A stretch of DNA of 64,000 bases from a bacterium (GTDB taxonomy: Bacteria; UBA8248): positions 1,184,001 through 1,248,000 of the forward strand of contig CBDCRP010000003.1 in the NCBI GenBank assembly GCA_965221165.1, in the 5' to 3' direction. Shown piece by piece: positions 10,653 through 25,835 of the stretch. The position numbers were made by a program, and so were the translations under genes. The notes below the pieces were generated by a model. That model made no database searches. It was given only the letters and a program-made list of their open reading frames with translations, and was not told the origin of the DNA. Position 1 is the first letter of the stretch; every line of letters begins with the position of its first letter.

Positions 10653-11204
10653 TTAAGTCACCCGGAAGGGAACGCCCAACTCTCGAAGCAACGCCCTTCC
10701 TTCTTCATCCGTGTTCGCCGAGGTGTTCATGACAACCCCGATTCCGCGGGATTTCTCCACCTTGTCGATGTCGATCTCGGGAAAAATGAGCTGCTCGCGA
10801 ATCCCGAGGCTGTAATTCCCGCGGCCATCGAAGGATTTGGGGCTCAAGCCTCTGAAATCACGCACGCGGGGGAGCGCCACGTTCACCAGACGATCCATGA
10901 AATCCCACATCCGCGCGCCGCGAAGCGTCACCATCGCTCCAATGGGCATCCCCTCGCGCAGCTTGAAATTCGCGATGGATTTTCTCGCCCGGGTGATGAC
11001 GGGCTTCTGGCCCGCAATGCTCGTCAACTCGACGACGCCGTTCTCCAGGGTCGCCGCATTCTGGACGGCCTCTCCGAGTCCCATATTCAACGTGATTTTC
11101 AGAAGCCTCGGAATCTCCATGACGTTGGAGTACTCAAACTCCTTGCGAAGTTTCTCCGCGATGTCATCACGGTAAAGCTGCAACATTCTGGGCATATACG
11201 CCAT
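10653..11204 (-). CDS. rplE: 50S ribosomal protein L5
   Basis: [32 protein letters not shown]. Confidence 0.98.
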   Translation of the reverse strand: MAYMPRMLQLYRDDIAEKLRKEFEYSNVMEIPRLLKITLNMGLGEAVQNAATLENGVVELTSIAGQKPVITRARKSIANFKLREGMPIGAMVTLRGARMWDFMDRLVNVALPRVRDFRGLSPKSFDGRGNYSLGIREQLIFPEIDIDKVEKSRGIGVVMNTSANTDEEGRALLRELGVPFRVT

Positions 11205-11227
11205 TTCAATCAAAATCCTTCTCTCAC

Positions 11228-11566
11228 CTATACCGTGTCGAGCAACTCGCCGCTGCTATGCGTCACGCGCACATGCGCGCCGTCTTCCAGTCGTTTTCTC
11301 CGAACTCGGGAGGGACTGTTGGTCTTCGGGTCCACGGGCATGACGTTGGAAATATGGATCTTTCCCTCCCGCTCCAGGATGCCGCCCTGCTGATTCGTCT
11401 GGGTCGGCTTCGTGTGCCGCTTCATCATGTTCAACTTCTCGACGAGCACACGGTTTTCATTCTTGAACACCTGGAGCACCTTGCCGGTCTTTCCCTTTTC
11501 ACGGCCCGCGATCACCTGAACGATGTCGCCTTTTTTCACGTGCGTCTTCTTTGATTTCGAACCCAT
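11228..11566 (-). CDS. rplX: 50S ribosomal protein L24
   Basis: [21 protein letters not shown] motif. Confidence 0.97.
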   Translation of the reverse strand: MGSKSKKTHVKKGDIVQVIAGREKGKTGKVLQVFKNENRVLVEKLNMMKRHTKPTQTNQQGGILEREGKIHISNVMPVDPKTNSPSRVRRKRLEDGAHVRVTHSSGELLDTV

Positions 11567-11574
11567 CTCGTTCC

Positions 11575-11943
11575 TCACAAAACCTCAGGGGCAAGCGAAA
11601 CGATGCGCATGAAACGCTTGCGCCTCAACTCGCGGGCCACAGGCCCGAAAATGCGTGTTCCCATCGGTTCGCGCGCCTCATTGATGATGACGACGGCATT
11701 GTCGTCAAAACGAATATAGGTGCCGTCCTCACGCCCTGTCTCCTTGACGGTCCGGACCACGACGGCGCGCCTGACCTCGCCTTTTTGAACGGGACTATTC
11801 GGCACGGCTTCCTTGATCGCCACGACGATGATGTCGCCGATCCGCGCATATCTGCGGCGCGATCCACCCAGGACCTTGATGCACTGGGCGCGCTTGGCCC
11901 CCGAATTATCCGCCACGCTGCACATTGTTTCTACCTGAATCAT
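11575..11943 (-). CDS. rplN: 50S ribosomal protein L14
   Basis: [21 protein letters not shown]. Confidence 0.99.
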   Translation of the reverse strand: MIQVETMCSVADNSGAKRAQCIKVLGGSRRRYARIGDIIVVAIKEAVPNSPVQKGEVRRAVVVRTVKETGREDGTYIRFDDNAVVIINEAREPMGTRIFGPVARELRRKRFMRIVSLAPEVL

Positions 11944-11955
11944 TTTTCCCGTTCC

Positions 11956-12216
11956 CTACTTCGTACGCTCGATAACATCCAGAAGACGCCAGCGCTTCCT
12001 CCGGCTCATGGGCCTGGTTTCGATGATGCGCACCCTGTCGCCTGCATGAAGGGAGTTCTCCTCATCGTGGACCAGATATTTCTTTCGCCTGCGCACGACG
12101 CGCTTGAAGGTCGTATGTTTGAACATGCGCACCACCTCGACGGTGACGGTCTTGTCCATGGCGTCGCTCACGACTTTTCCTTCCCGAACCTTCCGCCTCC
12201 CCCGCACTTCATTCAT
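11956..12216 (-). CDS. rpsQ: 30S ribosomal protein S17
   Basis: GKVVSDAMDKTVTV, ETRPMSRRKRW. Confidence 0.98.
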   Translation of the reverse strand: MNEVRGRRKVREGKVVSDAMDKTVTVEVVRMFKHTTFKRVVRRRKKYLVHDEENSLHAGDRVRIIETRPMSRRKRWRLLDVIERTK

Positions 12217-12438
12217 CTACGATCCCTCTCCCTCGGTACCTGCGGCCTGCGCTCTTTCGCGCTCACTCTTTGAGGTCAACACCCGCGCCAAATCCCGCTT
12301 GAGCAGACCGATGCGCGCCGTGTTGTCCAACTGGCCCGTCGCCTTGCGAAAGCGCAGGTTGAACAACTCCTGACGTAATTCCCCCTCCTTGAATCCGAGC
12401 TCATCATCGCTCAACTCGAGGACCTCGCTGTATTTCAC
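12217..12438 (-). CDS. rpmC: 50S ribosomal protein L29
   Basis: ELFNLRFRKATGQL. Confidence 0.97.
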   Translation of the reverse strand: MKYSEVLELSDDELGFKEGELRQELFNLRFRKATGQLDNTARIGLLKRDLARVLTSKSERERAQAAGTEGEGS

Positions 12439-12450
12439 GCCATCATCCCC

Positions 12451-12858
12451 TCAGGAAGAGGTTACAATCCTGGTTTTACACGGCAGCTTCTGCGCAGCCA
12501 GGCGAAGCGCCTCGCGGGCGACGTCATCCGCGACGCCATCCATCTCATAGAGAACCCTGCCCGCGCGCACGGGAGCCACCCAGGACTCGGGCGCTCCCTT
12601 GCCCTTGCCCATGCGAACCTCGGCCGGTTTCTTGCAAATCGGCTTGTCCGGGAAAAGGCGAATCCATATCCGCCCGCCGCGCTTGACGTGGCGCGTCATG
12701 GCGATACGGGCAGCCTCGATCTGGCGCGCCGTGATGTGCATCGTCTCCAGGGTCTGAAGTCCGTAGGAGCCGAATGCGAGCGCCGCGCCGCGCTGGGCCT
12801 TTCCGTCCAGACGGCCTTTCTGCATTTTTCTGAACTTCGTTCTTTTTGGTTGCAGCAT
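12451..12858 (-). CDS. rplP: 50S ribosomal protein L16
   Basis: [18 protein letters not shown]. Confidence 0.99.
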   Translation of the reverse strand: MLQPKRTKFRKMQKGRLDGKAQRGAALAFGSYGLQTLETMHITARQIEAARIAMTRHVKRGGRIWIRLFPDKPICKKPAEVRMGKGKGAPESWVAPVRAGRVLYEMDGVADDVAREALRLAAQKLPCKTRIVTSS

Positions 12859-12878
12859 GTTTCGCTCCTAAGCGCCGA

Positions 12879-13544
12879 TCATAAACCCAGAGCCTGAGAA
12901 GCCGGCGTTCTTCTGGTCTGCCGAATCATCTCGCCCCTGAATATCCAGACCTTCACGCCGATGATTCCATATGTCGTCTTGCCTTCGGCGAACCCATAGT
13001 CGATGTCGGCACGAAGGGTCTGGAGCGGCACGCGCCCTTCCCGGTACCATTCGGTTCGCGCAATCTCAGCGCCCCCCAATCTGCCGGAACATTGAATCTT
13101 CACGCCCTTGGCGCCGAAACGAAGGGCCGAGGTTACCGCCTTTTTCATCGCGCGGCGAAAGGCGATTCGACGCTCGAGCTGCATGGCGATGTTCTCCGCC
13201 ACGAGTTGGGCGTCCATCTCGGCCTTGCGCACTTCCTTGATGTTCACGTTCACCTGGTTGCCGGTGAGCTCTTGCAGATCCGCCTTGAGCCTGTCCACCT
13301 CCGCGCCGCGCTTTCCGATGATGATGCCCGGCCGCGCCGTCCAGATGTTGATGCGCGCTCGCTCGCTGGCGCGTTCGATCTCCACGTTGCTCACACCTGC
13401 GTGCGAGAGGCGCTCCTTCACGTATTTGCGGATGCGCAGATCGTCCAAAAGCAGGTCGCCGAAATTGTGCTTGGCGAACCAGGAAGAGTTCCAGCCTCTG
13501 GTGATGCCGACCCGAAAACCTATGGGGTGAACTTTTTGACCCAT
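12879..13544 (-). CDS. rpsC: 30S ribosomal protein S3
   Basis: [25 protein letters not shown]. Confidence 0.99.
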   Translation of the reverse strand: MGQKVHPIGFRVGITRGWNSSWFAKHNFGDLLLDDLRIRKYVKERLSHAGVSNVEIERASERARINIWTARPGIIIGKRGAEVDRLKADLQELTGNQVNVNIKEVRKAEMDAQLVAENIAMQLERRIAFRRAMKKAVTSALRFGAKGVKIQCSGRLGGAEIARTEWYREGRVPLQTLRADIDYGFAEGKTTYGIIGVKVWIFRGEMIRQTRRTPASQALGL

Positions 13545-13554
13545 TTTTATCCCC

Positions 13555-13890
13555 CTAATTCGCTTCGCCGATATCCACGCGAATGTGGCAACTTCTGTGT
13601 TTGACCCGGCCGATGCGCCCGCGCGCCCGCGCGCGAAACCGCTTGAGCGTCGGCCCTTCGTCTACCCGCACGCTCCTCACTATCAGGCCTTCGGGATCGT
13701 CGTTCTCTCCCTTGTCGGTGGCATTCGCAAGCGCGGAGAGAAGAACCTTCTCCACCACCTTGGCCGAGGAGCGCGTGGAAAGGCGCAAAAGCGTGAGGGC
13801 ATCCGCCACCCGCTTGCCGCGAATCATATCGGCTACCTGGCGCGTCTTGCGCGGCTTGGCCCGGTAATATTTCAAAATCGCCTTGGACAT
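13555..13890 (-). CDS. rplV: 50S ribosomal protein L22
   Basis: [30 protein letters not shown]. Confidence 0.98.
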   Translation of the reverse strand: MSKAILKYYRAKPRKTRQVADMIRGKRVADALTLLRLSTRSSAKVVEKVLLSALANATDKGENDDPEGLIVRSVRVDEGPTLKRFRARARGRIGRVKHRSCHIRVDIGEAN

Positions 13891-13927
13891 ATCATTCCCT
13901 TGCCTGCTTCACCTATCCACCAAAAAC

Positions 13928-14212
13928 CTATTTCAGCGTCACCTGCCGCTTCGTCATTCCCGAATGCGAGCGGAACGTGCGGGTGGGAGAAAAATCACCA
14001 AGCTTGAAGCCCACCATGTTCTCCGTCACGTATACGGGTATGAATTTCTTGCCGTTGTGCACGGCGAACGTATGACCGACGAAATCCGGGATGATGGTGG
14101 AGCGCCTCGACCAGGTCCTGATCATCCTCTTCTCGCCGCTCTCGTCCATCGCCTCCACTTTCTTGCGGAGGTGAGCATCTATGAATGGCCCCTTGTGAAG
14201 AGAACGTGGCAT
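13928..14212 (-). CDS. rpsS: 30S ribosomal protein S19
   Basis: [24 protein letters not shown]. Confidence 0.99.
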   Translation of the reverse strand: MPRSLHKGPFIDAHLRKKVEAMDESGEKRMIRTWSRRSTIIPDFVGHTFAVHNGKKFIPVYVTENMVGFKLGDFSPTRTFRSHSGMTKRQVTLK

Positions 14213-14238
14213 CGCTATGCAATCTCCCTCAAATCCGG

Positions 14239-15069
14239 CTATCTGGATTTTCTTCGTCGCACGATGAATTTAGAAGATGGCTTATCCTTCTTTCGTGTCT
14301 TATACCCTTTCGTCGGCTTGCCCCACGGGGTAACCGGGTGCCTGCCTCCCGAACTTTTTCCCTCGCCACCACCCAGGGGATGATCCACCGGGTTCATGGC
14401 CACGCCGCGGACGTTGGGACGACGGCCCAGCCAACGCTTCCGACCCGCCTTGCCGAGGCTCACGTTGCCGTGGTCCGAGTTTCCCACCTCGCCTATCGTC
14501 GCGTAGCAAGACAGGTGAATCATGCGGACCTCGCCGGAGGAGAGCCTGAACTGCGCATAATTACCCTCCTTCGCCATGAGCTGGGCGCTCGCGCCCGCGC
14601 TCCGGGCAATCTGCCCGCCGCGCCCGGGCTTCATCTCGATGTTGTGGCACGTCGTGCCCAGCGGAATCCGATCCACGGGCAGCGCGTTGCCGGTGCGAAT
14701 CTCCGCATCCGGACCCGAACTGACGGTAGCGCCCACCTCCAGACCATCGGGCGCGAGGATGTAGCGCTTCTCCCCATCCAGATAGACGATGAGCGCCAGT
14801 CGCGCAGAACGGTTCGGGTCGTACTCGATCGAGCGCACCTTGCCGGGCACGCCGGTCTTCTCGCGCCGGAAATCCACCACCCTGTAGCGGCGCTTGTGGC
14901 CTCCGCCCCTCTGGTAGGTGGTGATGCGTCCGCGGTTGTTTCGTCCGCCGGATTTCGATATCCCCTTGGTCAGGGACTTCTCGGGCCGATCCGTCGTGAT
15001 GTCATCGCGCAGCAGGACATCCTGAAATCTTCGCCCGGGAGAAGTCGGCTTGTATTTTTTTACCGGCAT
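14239..15069 (-). CDS. rplB: 50S ribosomal protein L2
   Basis: [21 protein letters not shown]. Confidence 0.99.
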   Translation of the reverse strand: MPVKKYKPTSPGRRFQDVLLRDDITTDRPEKSLTKGISKSGGRNNRGRITTYQRGGGHKRRYRVVDFRREKTGVPGKVRSIEYDPNRSARLALIVYLDGEKRYILAPDGLEVGATVSSGPDAEIRTGNALPVDRIPLGTTCHNIEMKPGRGGQIARSAGASAQLMAKEGNYAQFRLSSGEVRMIHLSCYATIGEVGNSDHGNVSLGKAGRKRWLGRRPNVRGVAMNPVDHPLGGGEGKSSGGRHPVTPWGKPTKGYKTRKKDKPSSKFIVRRRKSR

Positions 15070-15086
15070 AGCGTTCGCCTCAAAAA

Positions 15087-15374
15087 CTAAACGGATTCAA
15101 AAAATTCGATGGTGTCGCCTTCGCGCAGCGTCACAATCGCTTTTTTCCATGCTGGCTTACTCCCCTGATGGCGTCCCATGCGAACGCTCTTGCCGGGCAC
15201 CCGCATCGTGTTCACATTCAGCACCGTGACGCCGAACAACTCTTGCACCGCCTTTTTTATCTCTATCTTGTTGGCGTCGGTGGCGACCTCGAAGACGACC
15301 TTGTTGGCTTCCTCGCTGCTCGCGATGCTCTTCTCCGTCACGCAGGGTCTGCGGATGACAAATGTGTTTTCCAT
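15087..15374 (-). CDS. rplW: 50S ribosomal protein L23
   Basis: [23 protein letters not shown]. Confidence 0.98.
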   Translation of the reverse strand: MENTFVIRRPCVTEKSIASSEEANKVVFEVATDANKIEIKKAVQELFGVTVLNVNTMRVPGKSVRMGRHQGSKPAWKKAIVTLREGDTIEFFESV

Positions 15375-15377
15375 GTC

Positions 15378-16004
15378 CTAGTCCGCCAATCTTTCCGAGA
15401 TGCCGCCGATCGCGCCCTTGGTGCAGACCAGGTGCTCATGGCCCATGATGTCATACACGTTCAAGCCATCGGGCCGCATCGGCTTCGTTCCCTTGATGTT
15501 TCTCGTCGCCAATTCGAAGTTCCGCCCGTCTCCGTCATCCACTATCAACGACTTGCGCCCGAGATTCAGGCTCTCGATGACGCCCGCCATGAGACGCGTC
15601 TTCGGCTCCGGCAGATGGAGGTCGCGCACGACGAGCAGCTTTCCCTCTTTCCACTTCAAATTCAGGGCACTCCTGAGCGCGCCTTTTTTCACCTTCTTGT
15701 TCACCTTCTGGCTGTAATCGCGCGGCTTGGGGCCGAAAGTGATTCCCCCGTGCCGCCATATCGGCGATTTGACGTCGCCCGCGCGCGCGCGGCCCCCGCC
15801 TTTTTGACGAAAAGGCTTGGCGCCCGTGCCATGCACTTCCTTGCGCGTCAGCGTCGAATGTGCGCCCGCGCGCCGCGCCGCGAGTTGCGCCTTCACCATC
15901 TGGTGAATCAGGTGCATTTTGACCTGACCGTCGAATACGGCCTCGGGCAAATCCATCTGCTCCACCACCTTTCCTTCCAGGTCATAGACATCAATCTGGG
16001 GCAT
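15378..16004 (-). CDS. rplD: 50S ribosomal protein L4
   Basis: KPFRQKGGGRARAG, FGPKPRDY. Confidence 0.98.
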   Translation of the reverse strand: MPQIDVYDLEGKVVEQMDLPEAVFDGQVKMHLIHQMVKAQLAARRAGAHSTLTRKEVHGTGAKPFRQKGGGRARAGDVKSPIWRHGGITFGPKPRDYSQKVNKKVKKGALRSALNLKWKEGKLLVVRDLHLPEPKTRLMAGVIESLNLGRKSLIVDDGDGRNFELATRNIKGTKPMRPDGLNVYDIMGHEHLVCTKGAIGGISERLAD

Positions 16005-16012
16005 CTCGCTCC

Positions 16013-16729
16013 TCAATTCCCGCGCGCGGCCCGTTTGGAGGCCTTCAGGGGATTCAGGTTCCTGATCTGCTCTTTCGGTTTTTCCAGTCCACCCCTGTTG
16101 CCCTTGACGCTTTTGCGCAAAACCAGAAGTCCATTATTCGCTCCGGGCACGGCGCCCCTGAGCATCAGGAGATTCTCCTCGGGAATGACGTCCACCACCA
16201 AAAGCCCTTGGGTGGTGACCTTCTCGTTTCCCATGTGACCCGGCATTTTCTTGCCCTTGATGATTTTCGAGGGAGTGGCCGAGGCGCCCATCGCACCCGG
16301 CAGGCGATCGAACATGCCGCCGTGAGAGGCCGGCCCGCCGCTGAATCCATGACGCTTCATCACGCCGGCGAAGCCGCGGCCCTTGCTCGTGCCCGTCACA
16401 TCAAGGCGATCGCCGCGATCGAATATCGTCACGTCGATGAGGCTTCCGGCCTCGAATTCCGCGTCCTCATCCTCCAGCGGAACTTCCTTGAGGTAGCGGA
16501 AAGGCTGCGTTCCCGCTTTTCTAAAATGCCCCAAGGACGCCTTCGAGAGACCCTTTTCCTTTCGGGGCATGTACCCGATCTGAACGGCCGCATAGCCGTC
16601 ATGCTCCTCGGTCTTTCTCTGCACGACGGTACAAGGGCCCGCCTCGACCACCGTCACCGAAATCGCTCCGCCATCCGGCGAGAATATCTGGGTCATCCCG
16701 ATTTTTCGGCCAAGTAAAAATTCCATCAC
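16013..16729 (-). CDS. rplC: 50S ribosomal protein L3
   Basis: GRKIGMTQIF, SKGRGFAGVMKRH. Confidence 0.99.
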   Translation of the reverse strand: MMEFLLGRKIGMTQIFSPDGGAISVTVVEAGPCTVVQRKTEEHDGYAAVQIGYMPRKEKGLSKASLGHFRKAGTQPFRYLKEVPLEDEDAEFEAGSLIDVTIFDRGDRLDVTGTSKGRGFAGVMKRHGFSGGPASHGGMFDRLPGAMGASATPSKIIKGKKMPGHMGNEKVTTQGLLVVDVIPEENLLMLRGAVPGANNGLLVLRKSVKGNRGGLEKPKEQIRNLNPLKASKRAARGN

Positions 16730-16739
16730 ACCATCCCGT

Positions 16740-17048
16740 CTAATTCAACTTAATTTCGACATCCACGCCGGCGGCGAGCTCCAGCTTCATGAGCGCGTCC
16801 ACCGTCTGCTGCGTAGGCTCCATGATGTCCACGAGCCGTTTATGCGTCCGGATCTCGAACTGCTCTCTCGATTTCTTGTCGATATGCGGACCGCGCAACA
16901 CCGTATACTTGTTGATGGAAGTGGGCAGCGGCACCGGCCCTACCAGCAAAGCGCCCGTCCGCTTCACAGTATCGACAATCTCGCCTACCGATTGATCGAG
17001 CAGGCGATGATCGTATGCCTTCAGTCGAATCCGAATCTTCTGACTCAT
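16740..17048 (-). CDS. rpsJ: 30S ribosomal protein S10
   Basis: [23 protein letters not shown]. Confidence 0.99.
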   Translation of the reverse strand: MSQKIRIRLKAYDHRLLDQSVGEIVDTVKRTGALLVGPVPLPTSINKYTVLRGPHIDKKSREQFEIRTHKRLVDIMEPTQQTVDALMKLELAAGVDVEIKLN

Positions 17049-17073
17049 TTTTTCCCGCTATCCTTCCATCGCT

Positions 17074-18252
17074 CTATTCGACGACCTCCGTGACGACGCC
17101 GGCCCCCACCGTACGGCCCCCCTCGCGTATCGCGAAGCGCAACTCGCGCTCCATCGCTATCGGCGTTATCAACTCCACGTCCAGTGACACGTTATCCCCG
17201 GGCATCACCATCTCGCGGCCCTCGGGCAGCGTCACCAGTCCCGTCACGTCCGTCGTCCTAAAATAAAACTGCGGCCTGTATCCATTGAAAAACGGCGTGT
17301 GCCTACCGCCCTCTTCTTTCGTCAGTATGTACACCTCGCCCCTGAACTTCAGGTGCGGCAGAATCGAGGCCGGCTGCGCCAGAACCTGCCCGCGCTCTAT
17401 CTCGTCTTTCTTCACCCCGCGCAGCAATACCCCCACGTTATCCCCAGCCTGCCCCTGGTCCAGGAGTTTCCGGAACATCTCCACTCCCGTCGCCACCGTC
17501 TTCTGCGTGTCCGTGATGCCCACTATCTCCACCTCGTCGCCCACGTTCACGACCCCCCGCTCCACGCGGCCCGTCGCCACCGTCCCGCGACCCGAAATCG
17601 AGAACACGTCCTCCACGGGCATCAGGAACGGCTTGTCCACGTCCCGTACCGGCTCGGGGATATAACCGTCCACCGCACCCATCAGAGCGTCTATCGAGGA
17701 AGTGTCCGTACCCTCCAGGGCTCTCAGCGCGGAACCCGGCACCACCGGAATGTCGTCGCCCGGGAACTCATAGGTCGAGAGAAGCTCGCGGACTTCCAGT
17801 TCCACCAACTCCAAAAGCTCCTCGTCGTCCACCATGTCCACCTTGTTCAGATAAACACAGATGTAGGGAACCCCCACCTGGCGCGCCAGCAAGATGTGCT
17901 CGCGCGTCTGCGGCATCGGCCCGTCCGCCGCCGATACCACCAGTATCGCCCCGTCCATCTGCGCAGCGCCCGTTATCATGTTCTTCACGTAGTCCGCATG
18001 GCCCGGACAGTCCACGTGCGCGTAGTGGCGGTTCTCCGTCTCGTACTCCACGTGCGCCGTCGCTATCGTGATGCCCCGCTCGCGCTCCTCGGGAGCCTTG
18101 TCGATCTCGTCAAAACCGATCTCCTCCGCCATCCCCTTCTGCGCCAGATGCTTCGTGATCGCAGCCGTCAACGTCGTCTTCCCATGGTCCACGTGTCCTA
18201 TCGTCCCTACGTTCACGTGCGGCTTCGTGCGCTCGAACTTCGCCTTCGCCAT
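17074..18252 (-). CDS. tuf: Elongation factor Tu (str-operon copy)
   Basis: [29 protein letters not shown]. Confidence 0.99.
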   Translation of the reverse strand: MAKAKFERTKPHVNVGTIGHVDHGKTTLTAAITKHLAQKGMAEEIGFDEIDKAPEERERGITIATAHVEYETENRHYAHVDCPGHADYVKNMITGAAQMDGAILVVSAADGPMPQTREHILLARQVGVPYICVYLNKVDMVDDEELLELVELEVRELLSTYEFPGDDIPVVPGSALRALEGTDTSSIDALMGAVDGYIPEPVRDVDKPFLMPVEDVFSISGRGTVATGRVERGVVNVGDEVEIVGITDTQKTVATGVEMFRKLLDQGQAGDNVGVLLRGVKKDEIERGQVLAQPASILPHLKFRGEVYILTKEEGGRHTPFFNGYRPQFYFRTTDVTGLVTLPEGREMVMPGDNVSLDVELITPIAMERELRFAIREGGRTVGAGVVTEVVE

Positions 18253-18322
18253 GGCTTACCTTCTCCTTCTGATTGAAATTCAGAGAGGGCGGCTTGCGCT
18301 CGCCCTCTCCCGAAATACCAGT

Positions 18323-20431
18323 CTATGCCGTTTCGACCGCCGTACCGACGTTTTTCGCCATCAACTCCTCGGTAAGCTGTCGCGGCATCTCTTCATAACG
18401 ACCAAACTGCATCGTATAGGTCGCTCTACCTTGCGTCATCGAGCGGACATCGGTCGCGTAACCGAACATTTCCGACAACGGAACAGAAGCGTTCACCACC
18501 TTGGCGCCCGCCCTGTCTTCCATCTCGCGAATCCGACCGCGCCTGGAGGTGAGATCTCCCATGACGTCGCCCAGAAAATCTGCGGGGCACACCACTTCCA
18601 TATCCATGATGGGCTCGAGCAGAACGGGTTTCGCCTTCTTCGCGGCTTCTTTGAAGGCCCTGGACCCGGCGATTTTGAAGGCCACCTCGGAACTATCGAC
18701 CTGATGGAAGGAACCATCGAAAAGCGTAACCTCGATATCGAGCAACGGATATCCGGCGACCACCCCGTTTTCCATGGCCTCCTTGATGCCATTCTCGACC
18801 GCCGGGATATATTCTCTCGGAATCACGCCGCCCACAATCTTGTTGACGAACTGAAAACCGCCGCCGGGAGCGAGCGGCCTGATGGTGATTTCCACGTCCC
18901 CGAACTGCCCCCGTCCGCCGGATTGGCGCACGAAACGCCCGCGCGCGGTGGCTTCGGCCCGAATCGTCTCCCGATAGGCGACCTGGGGCTTGCCCACGCT
19001 GGCTTCCAGCGCAAATTCCCGGAAAAGCCTGTCCACCAGAATCTCCAGGTGCAACTCACCCATGCCGGAGAGGATGGTCTGCGCCGTTTCCTCATCCGAA
19101 CGCACCCGGAAGGTCGGGTCCTCGTCCGAGAGCCTCGCCAGGGCGTTGCCCAGCTTGTCCTGGTCGGATTTCGTTTTCGGCTCGATGGCGATGGAAATGA
19201 CGGGTTCCGGGAAGTTGATGGTTTCAAGAAGGATGGGGTGGGCGGGATCGGAGAGGCTATGACCTGTTTTGGCCTGCTTGATGCCCAGGGCGGCGACGAT
19301 GTCGCCTGCATGGGCCTCCTGTATCTCCTCGCGCTTATTCGCGTGCATTCGCATGAGGCGTCCTACGCGCTCCTGCTTGCCGATAATCGTGTTCAACACG
19401 AAGGAACCGGATTTCAGCACGCCGGAATATATGCGGATAAACACCAGTTGGCCCACATAAGGATCCGTCATCACCTTGAAGGCCAGCCCGCAGAGCGGGT
19501 CGCTGTCTACAGGCGCTCTTTCCTCGGGTTTTCTGCCCAGTTCCAAATCTTCATCCGACAAGACGGCCTGAACCGGAGGGATATCGAGGGGAGAGGGGAG
19601 ATAGTCGACGATGGCGTCGAGCAGAAGCTGGACGCCTTTGTTCCTGAACGCCGAGCCGCATACGACGGGCACGAATTCTCCGGAGAGCGTTCCCTTTCGA
19701 ACCGCGGCCCGAATCTCCTCGGGAGAAATCTCCTCGCCTTCGAGGTATTTCTCCACCAGAGAATCGTCGAACATCGAGAGCGTGTCGAAGAGTTTCTCTC
19801 TCCAGTCATCCGCTTCGGCCTTCATATCCTCGGGCACTTCCGCCTCTCTGTAGGATTCGCCCATGGGGTCGTCGAACACCCGTGCCTTCATGGTCACGAG
19901 ATCCACCATGCCGGTAAAGTTTTCCTCCGCCCCGATCGGGACTTGCAGCACGAGCGGGTTCGCGGCGAGACGCTCCCGCACCTCCTCCACGACCCTCTGG
20001 AAATCCGCACCCGTTCTATCCATCTTGTTGACGAACACGAGGCGGGGCACGCCGTATTTTTCCGCCTGGCGCCAGACCGTCTCGCTTTGCGGCTCCACGC
20101 CGCCCACGGCGCAAAACACCGCCACCGCGCCGTCGAGAACGCGCAGGCTTCTCTCCACCTCGGCCGTGAAATCCACGTGGCCGGGCGTGTCGATGATGTT
20201 GATGACGTGATCGTTCCAGGCGCAGCGCGTCGCTGCGGAGGTGATGGTGATCCCGCGCTCTTGTTCTTGCGCCATCCAGTCCATGGTGGCCGCGCCGTCA
20301 TGCACCTCGCCCATCTTATGGGTTCTGCCCGTATAGAACAGGACTCGCTCGGTCGTCGTCGTCTTGCCGGCGTCGATGTGCGCCATAATACCGATGTTTC
20401 TGGTATTTCTGAGCGCTATTTCGCTGGACAC
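18323..20431 (-). CDS. fusA: Elongation factor G
   Basis: [21 protein letters not shown]. Confidence 0.99.
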   Translation of the reverse strand: MSSEIALRNTRNIGIMAHIDAGKTTTTERVLFYTGRTHKMGEVHDGAATMDWMAQEQERGITITSAATRCAWNDHVINIIDTPGHVDFTAEVERSLRVLDGAVAVFCAVGGVEPQSETVWRQAEKYGVPRLVFVNKMDRTGADFQRVVEEVRERLAANPLVLQVPIGAEENFTGMVDLVTMKARVFDDPMGESYREAEVPEDMKAEADDWREKLFDTLSMFDDSLVEKYLEGEEISPEEIRAAVRKGTLSGEFVPVVCGSAFRNKGVQLLLDAIVDYLPSPLDIPPVQAVLSDEDLELGRKPEERAPVDSDPLCGLAFKVMTDPYVGQLVFIRIYSGVLKSGSFVLNTIIGKQERVGRLMRMHANKREEIQEAHAGDIVAALGIKQAKTGHSLSDPAHPILLETINFPEPVISIAIEPKTKSDQDKLGNALARLSDEDPTFRVRSDEETAQTILSGMGELHLEILVDRLFREFALEASVGKPQVAYRETIRAEATARGRFVRQSGGRGQFGDVEITIRPLAPGGGFQFVNKIVGGVIPREYIPAVENGIKEAMENGVVAGYPLLDIEVTLFDGSFHQVDSSEVAFKIAGSRAFKEAAKKAKPVLLEPIMDMEVVCPADFLGDVMGDLTSRRGRIREMEDRAGAKVVNASVPLSEMFGYATDVRSMTQGRATYTMQFGRYEEMPRQLTEELMAKNVGTAVETA

Positions 20432-20452
20432 GGTCTTAATCCTTCCCTCGGC

Positions 20453-20920
20453 CTACCAACGATAATGGGCGAAGGCCTTGTTTGCCTCCGCCATACGGTG
20501 CGTGTTTTCCCTGAGGCGAACGGCGCCGCCCGTATCGTTCGCGGCGTCCATAATCTCGGCTGCGAGGCCGTTCGCTATCTTTCTGTCCCGGCTCCGGGCG
20601 TTCTGGATGATCCAGCGGATGCTCAGCGCCGTGCGCCTGTCGGGCCGCACTTCCACGGGCACCTGATAGGTGGCGCCGCCCACGCGCCTGGAGCGAACCT
20701 CGAGAGCGGGCTTCACGTTGTCCATGGCGCGCTTGAAGACTTTGATGGGGTCTTCCTTCATCTTCTCCTCCACCACGTCCATCGCCCCATAGAACACGCG
20801 CTCGGCCAGGCTCTTCTTCCCCTTGAGCATCAAGGAGTTGATGAACTTGGTCACCAACCGGTCGTTGAACTTCGGATCCGGCAAAACGGTTCTTTTCGTG
20901 GCTCTTTTTCTTCTCGCCAT
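20453..20920 (-). CDS. rpsG: 30S ribosomal protein S7
   Basis: [24 protein letters not shown]. Confidence 0.99.
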   Translation of the reverse strand: MARRKRATKRTVLPDPKFNDRLVTKFINSLMLKGKKSLAERVFYGAMDVVEEKMKEDPIKVFKRAMDNVKPALEVRSRRVGGATYQVPVEVRPDRRTALSIRWIIQNARSRDRKIANGLAAEIMDAANDTGGAVRLRENTHRMAEANKAFAHYRW

Positions 20921-20962
20921 GGACAGTGAATCTCCCTGCTGTACCTGAAAAGCGAATGCCGC

Positions 20963-21337
20963 TTACTTCGGCTTTTTCGCCCCGTATTTGGAGCGTCCGT
21001 TGCGGCGCGCCTCTACACCCACGCTATCGAGCGTCCCCCGAACGACGTGATACCGGATGCCGGGCAGATCCTTCACCCGCCCGCCGCGAATCAAGACGAT
21101 GGAGTGCTCCTGAAGGTTGTGCCCCTCGCCCGGGATGTAGGTTGTCACCTCCATTCCGTTGGTGAGGCGCACGCGCGCTACCTTTCGGAGCGCCGAATTC
21201 GGCTTCTTGGGCGTCGTCGTGTACACCCGTACGCAAACGCCGCGCTTTTGGGGACAATTGCGCAGCGCCGGGCTGTCGGTCTTCGTCTGAATCCGCTTGC
21301 GGCCCTTGCGAATCAACTGGCTAATCGTCGGCACCAT
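20963..21337 (-). CDS. rpsL: 30S ribosomal protein S12
   Basis: [20 protein letters not shown]. Confidence 0.99.
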   Translation of the reverse strand: MVPTISQLIRKGRKRIQTKTDSPALRNCPQKRGVCVRVYTTTPKKPNSALRKVARVRLTNGMEVTTYIPGEGHNLQEHSIVLIRGGRVKDLPGIRYHVVRGTLDSVGVEARRNGRSKYGAKKPK

Positions 21338-21537
21338 TTACTCCAAAGCATGAGGAAAACCGTTGCGAAAAAATCTTGCGCTTTCGAGACCAGAGCGTTC
21401 TTTGCCCTCACCTCGGGACCCTTTGTCTGATTATAGGCTGAATCCCGAGATAGGGCAGCCAATTATCTATAATTATTTCAATTACTTGCAAGGGCCTGCA
21501 TATTCAAAAACCACACGCGCCAGACAAGGAAGCGGGG

Positions 21538-21565
21538 ATTATAGCCCGACTCGCGCTCTTGTCAA
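21538..21565 (-). promoter_or_regulatory. Sigma70 promoter for the str operon
   Basis: Minus strand TTGACA-N16-TATAAT, perfect hexamers, about 200 bp upstream of rpsL. Confidence 0.85.
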
Positions 21566-21600
21566 CCTCAGGCGCTCAAAAAAATACATATTCTCAGGGG

Positions 21601-25752
<4,152 letters not shown>

Positions 25753-25835
25753 TTCAACCCTCCTTGGGAGTATATTCGTCATCCCTTGGGCGACGGTCGA
25801 TGGAACCGCCAAACAAACAGGCCAATGATTTCAGT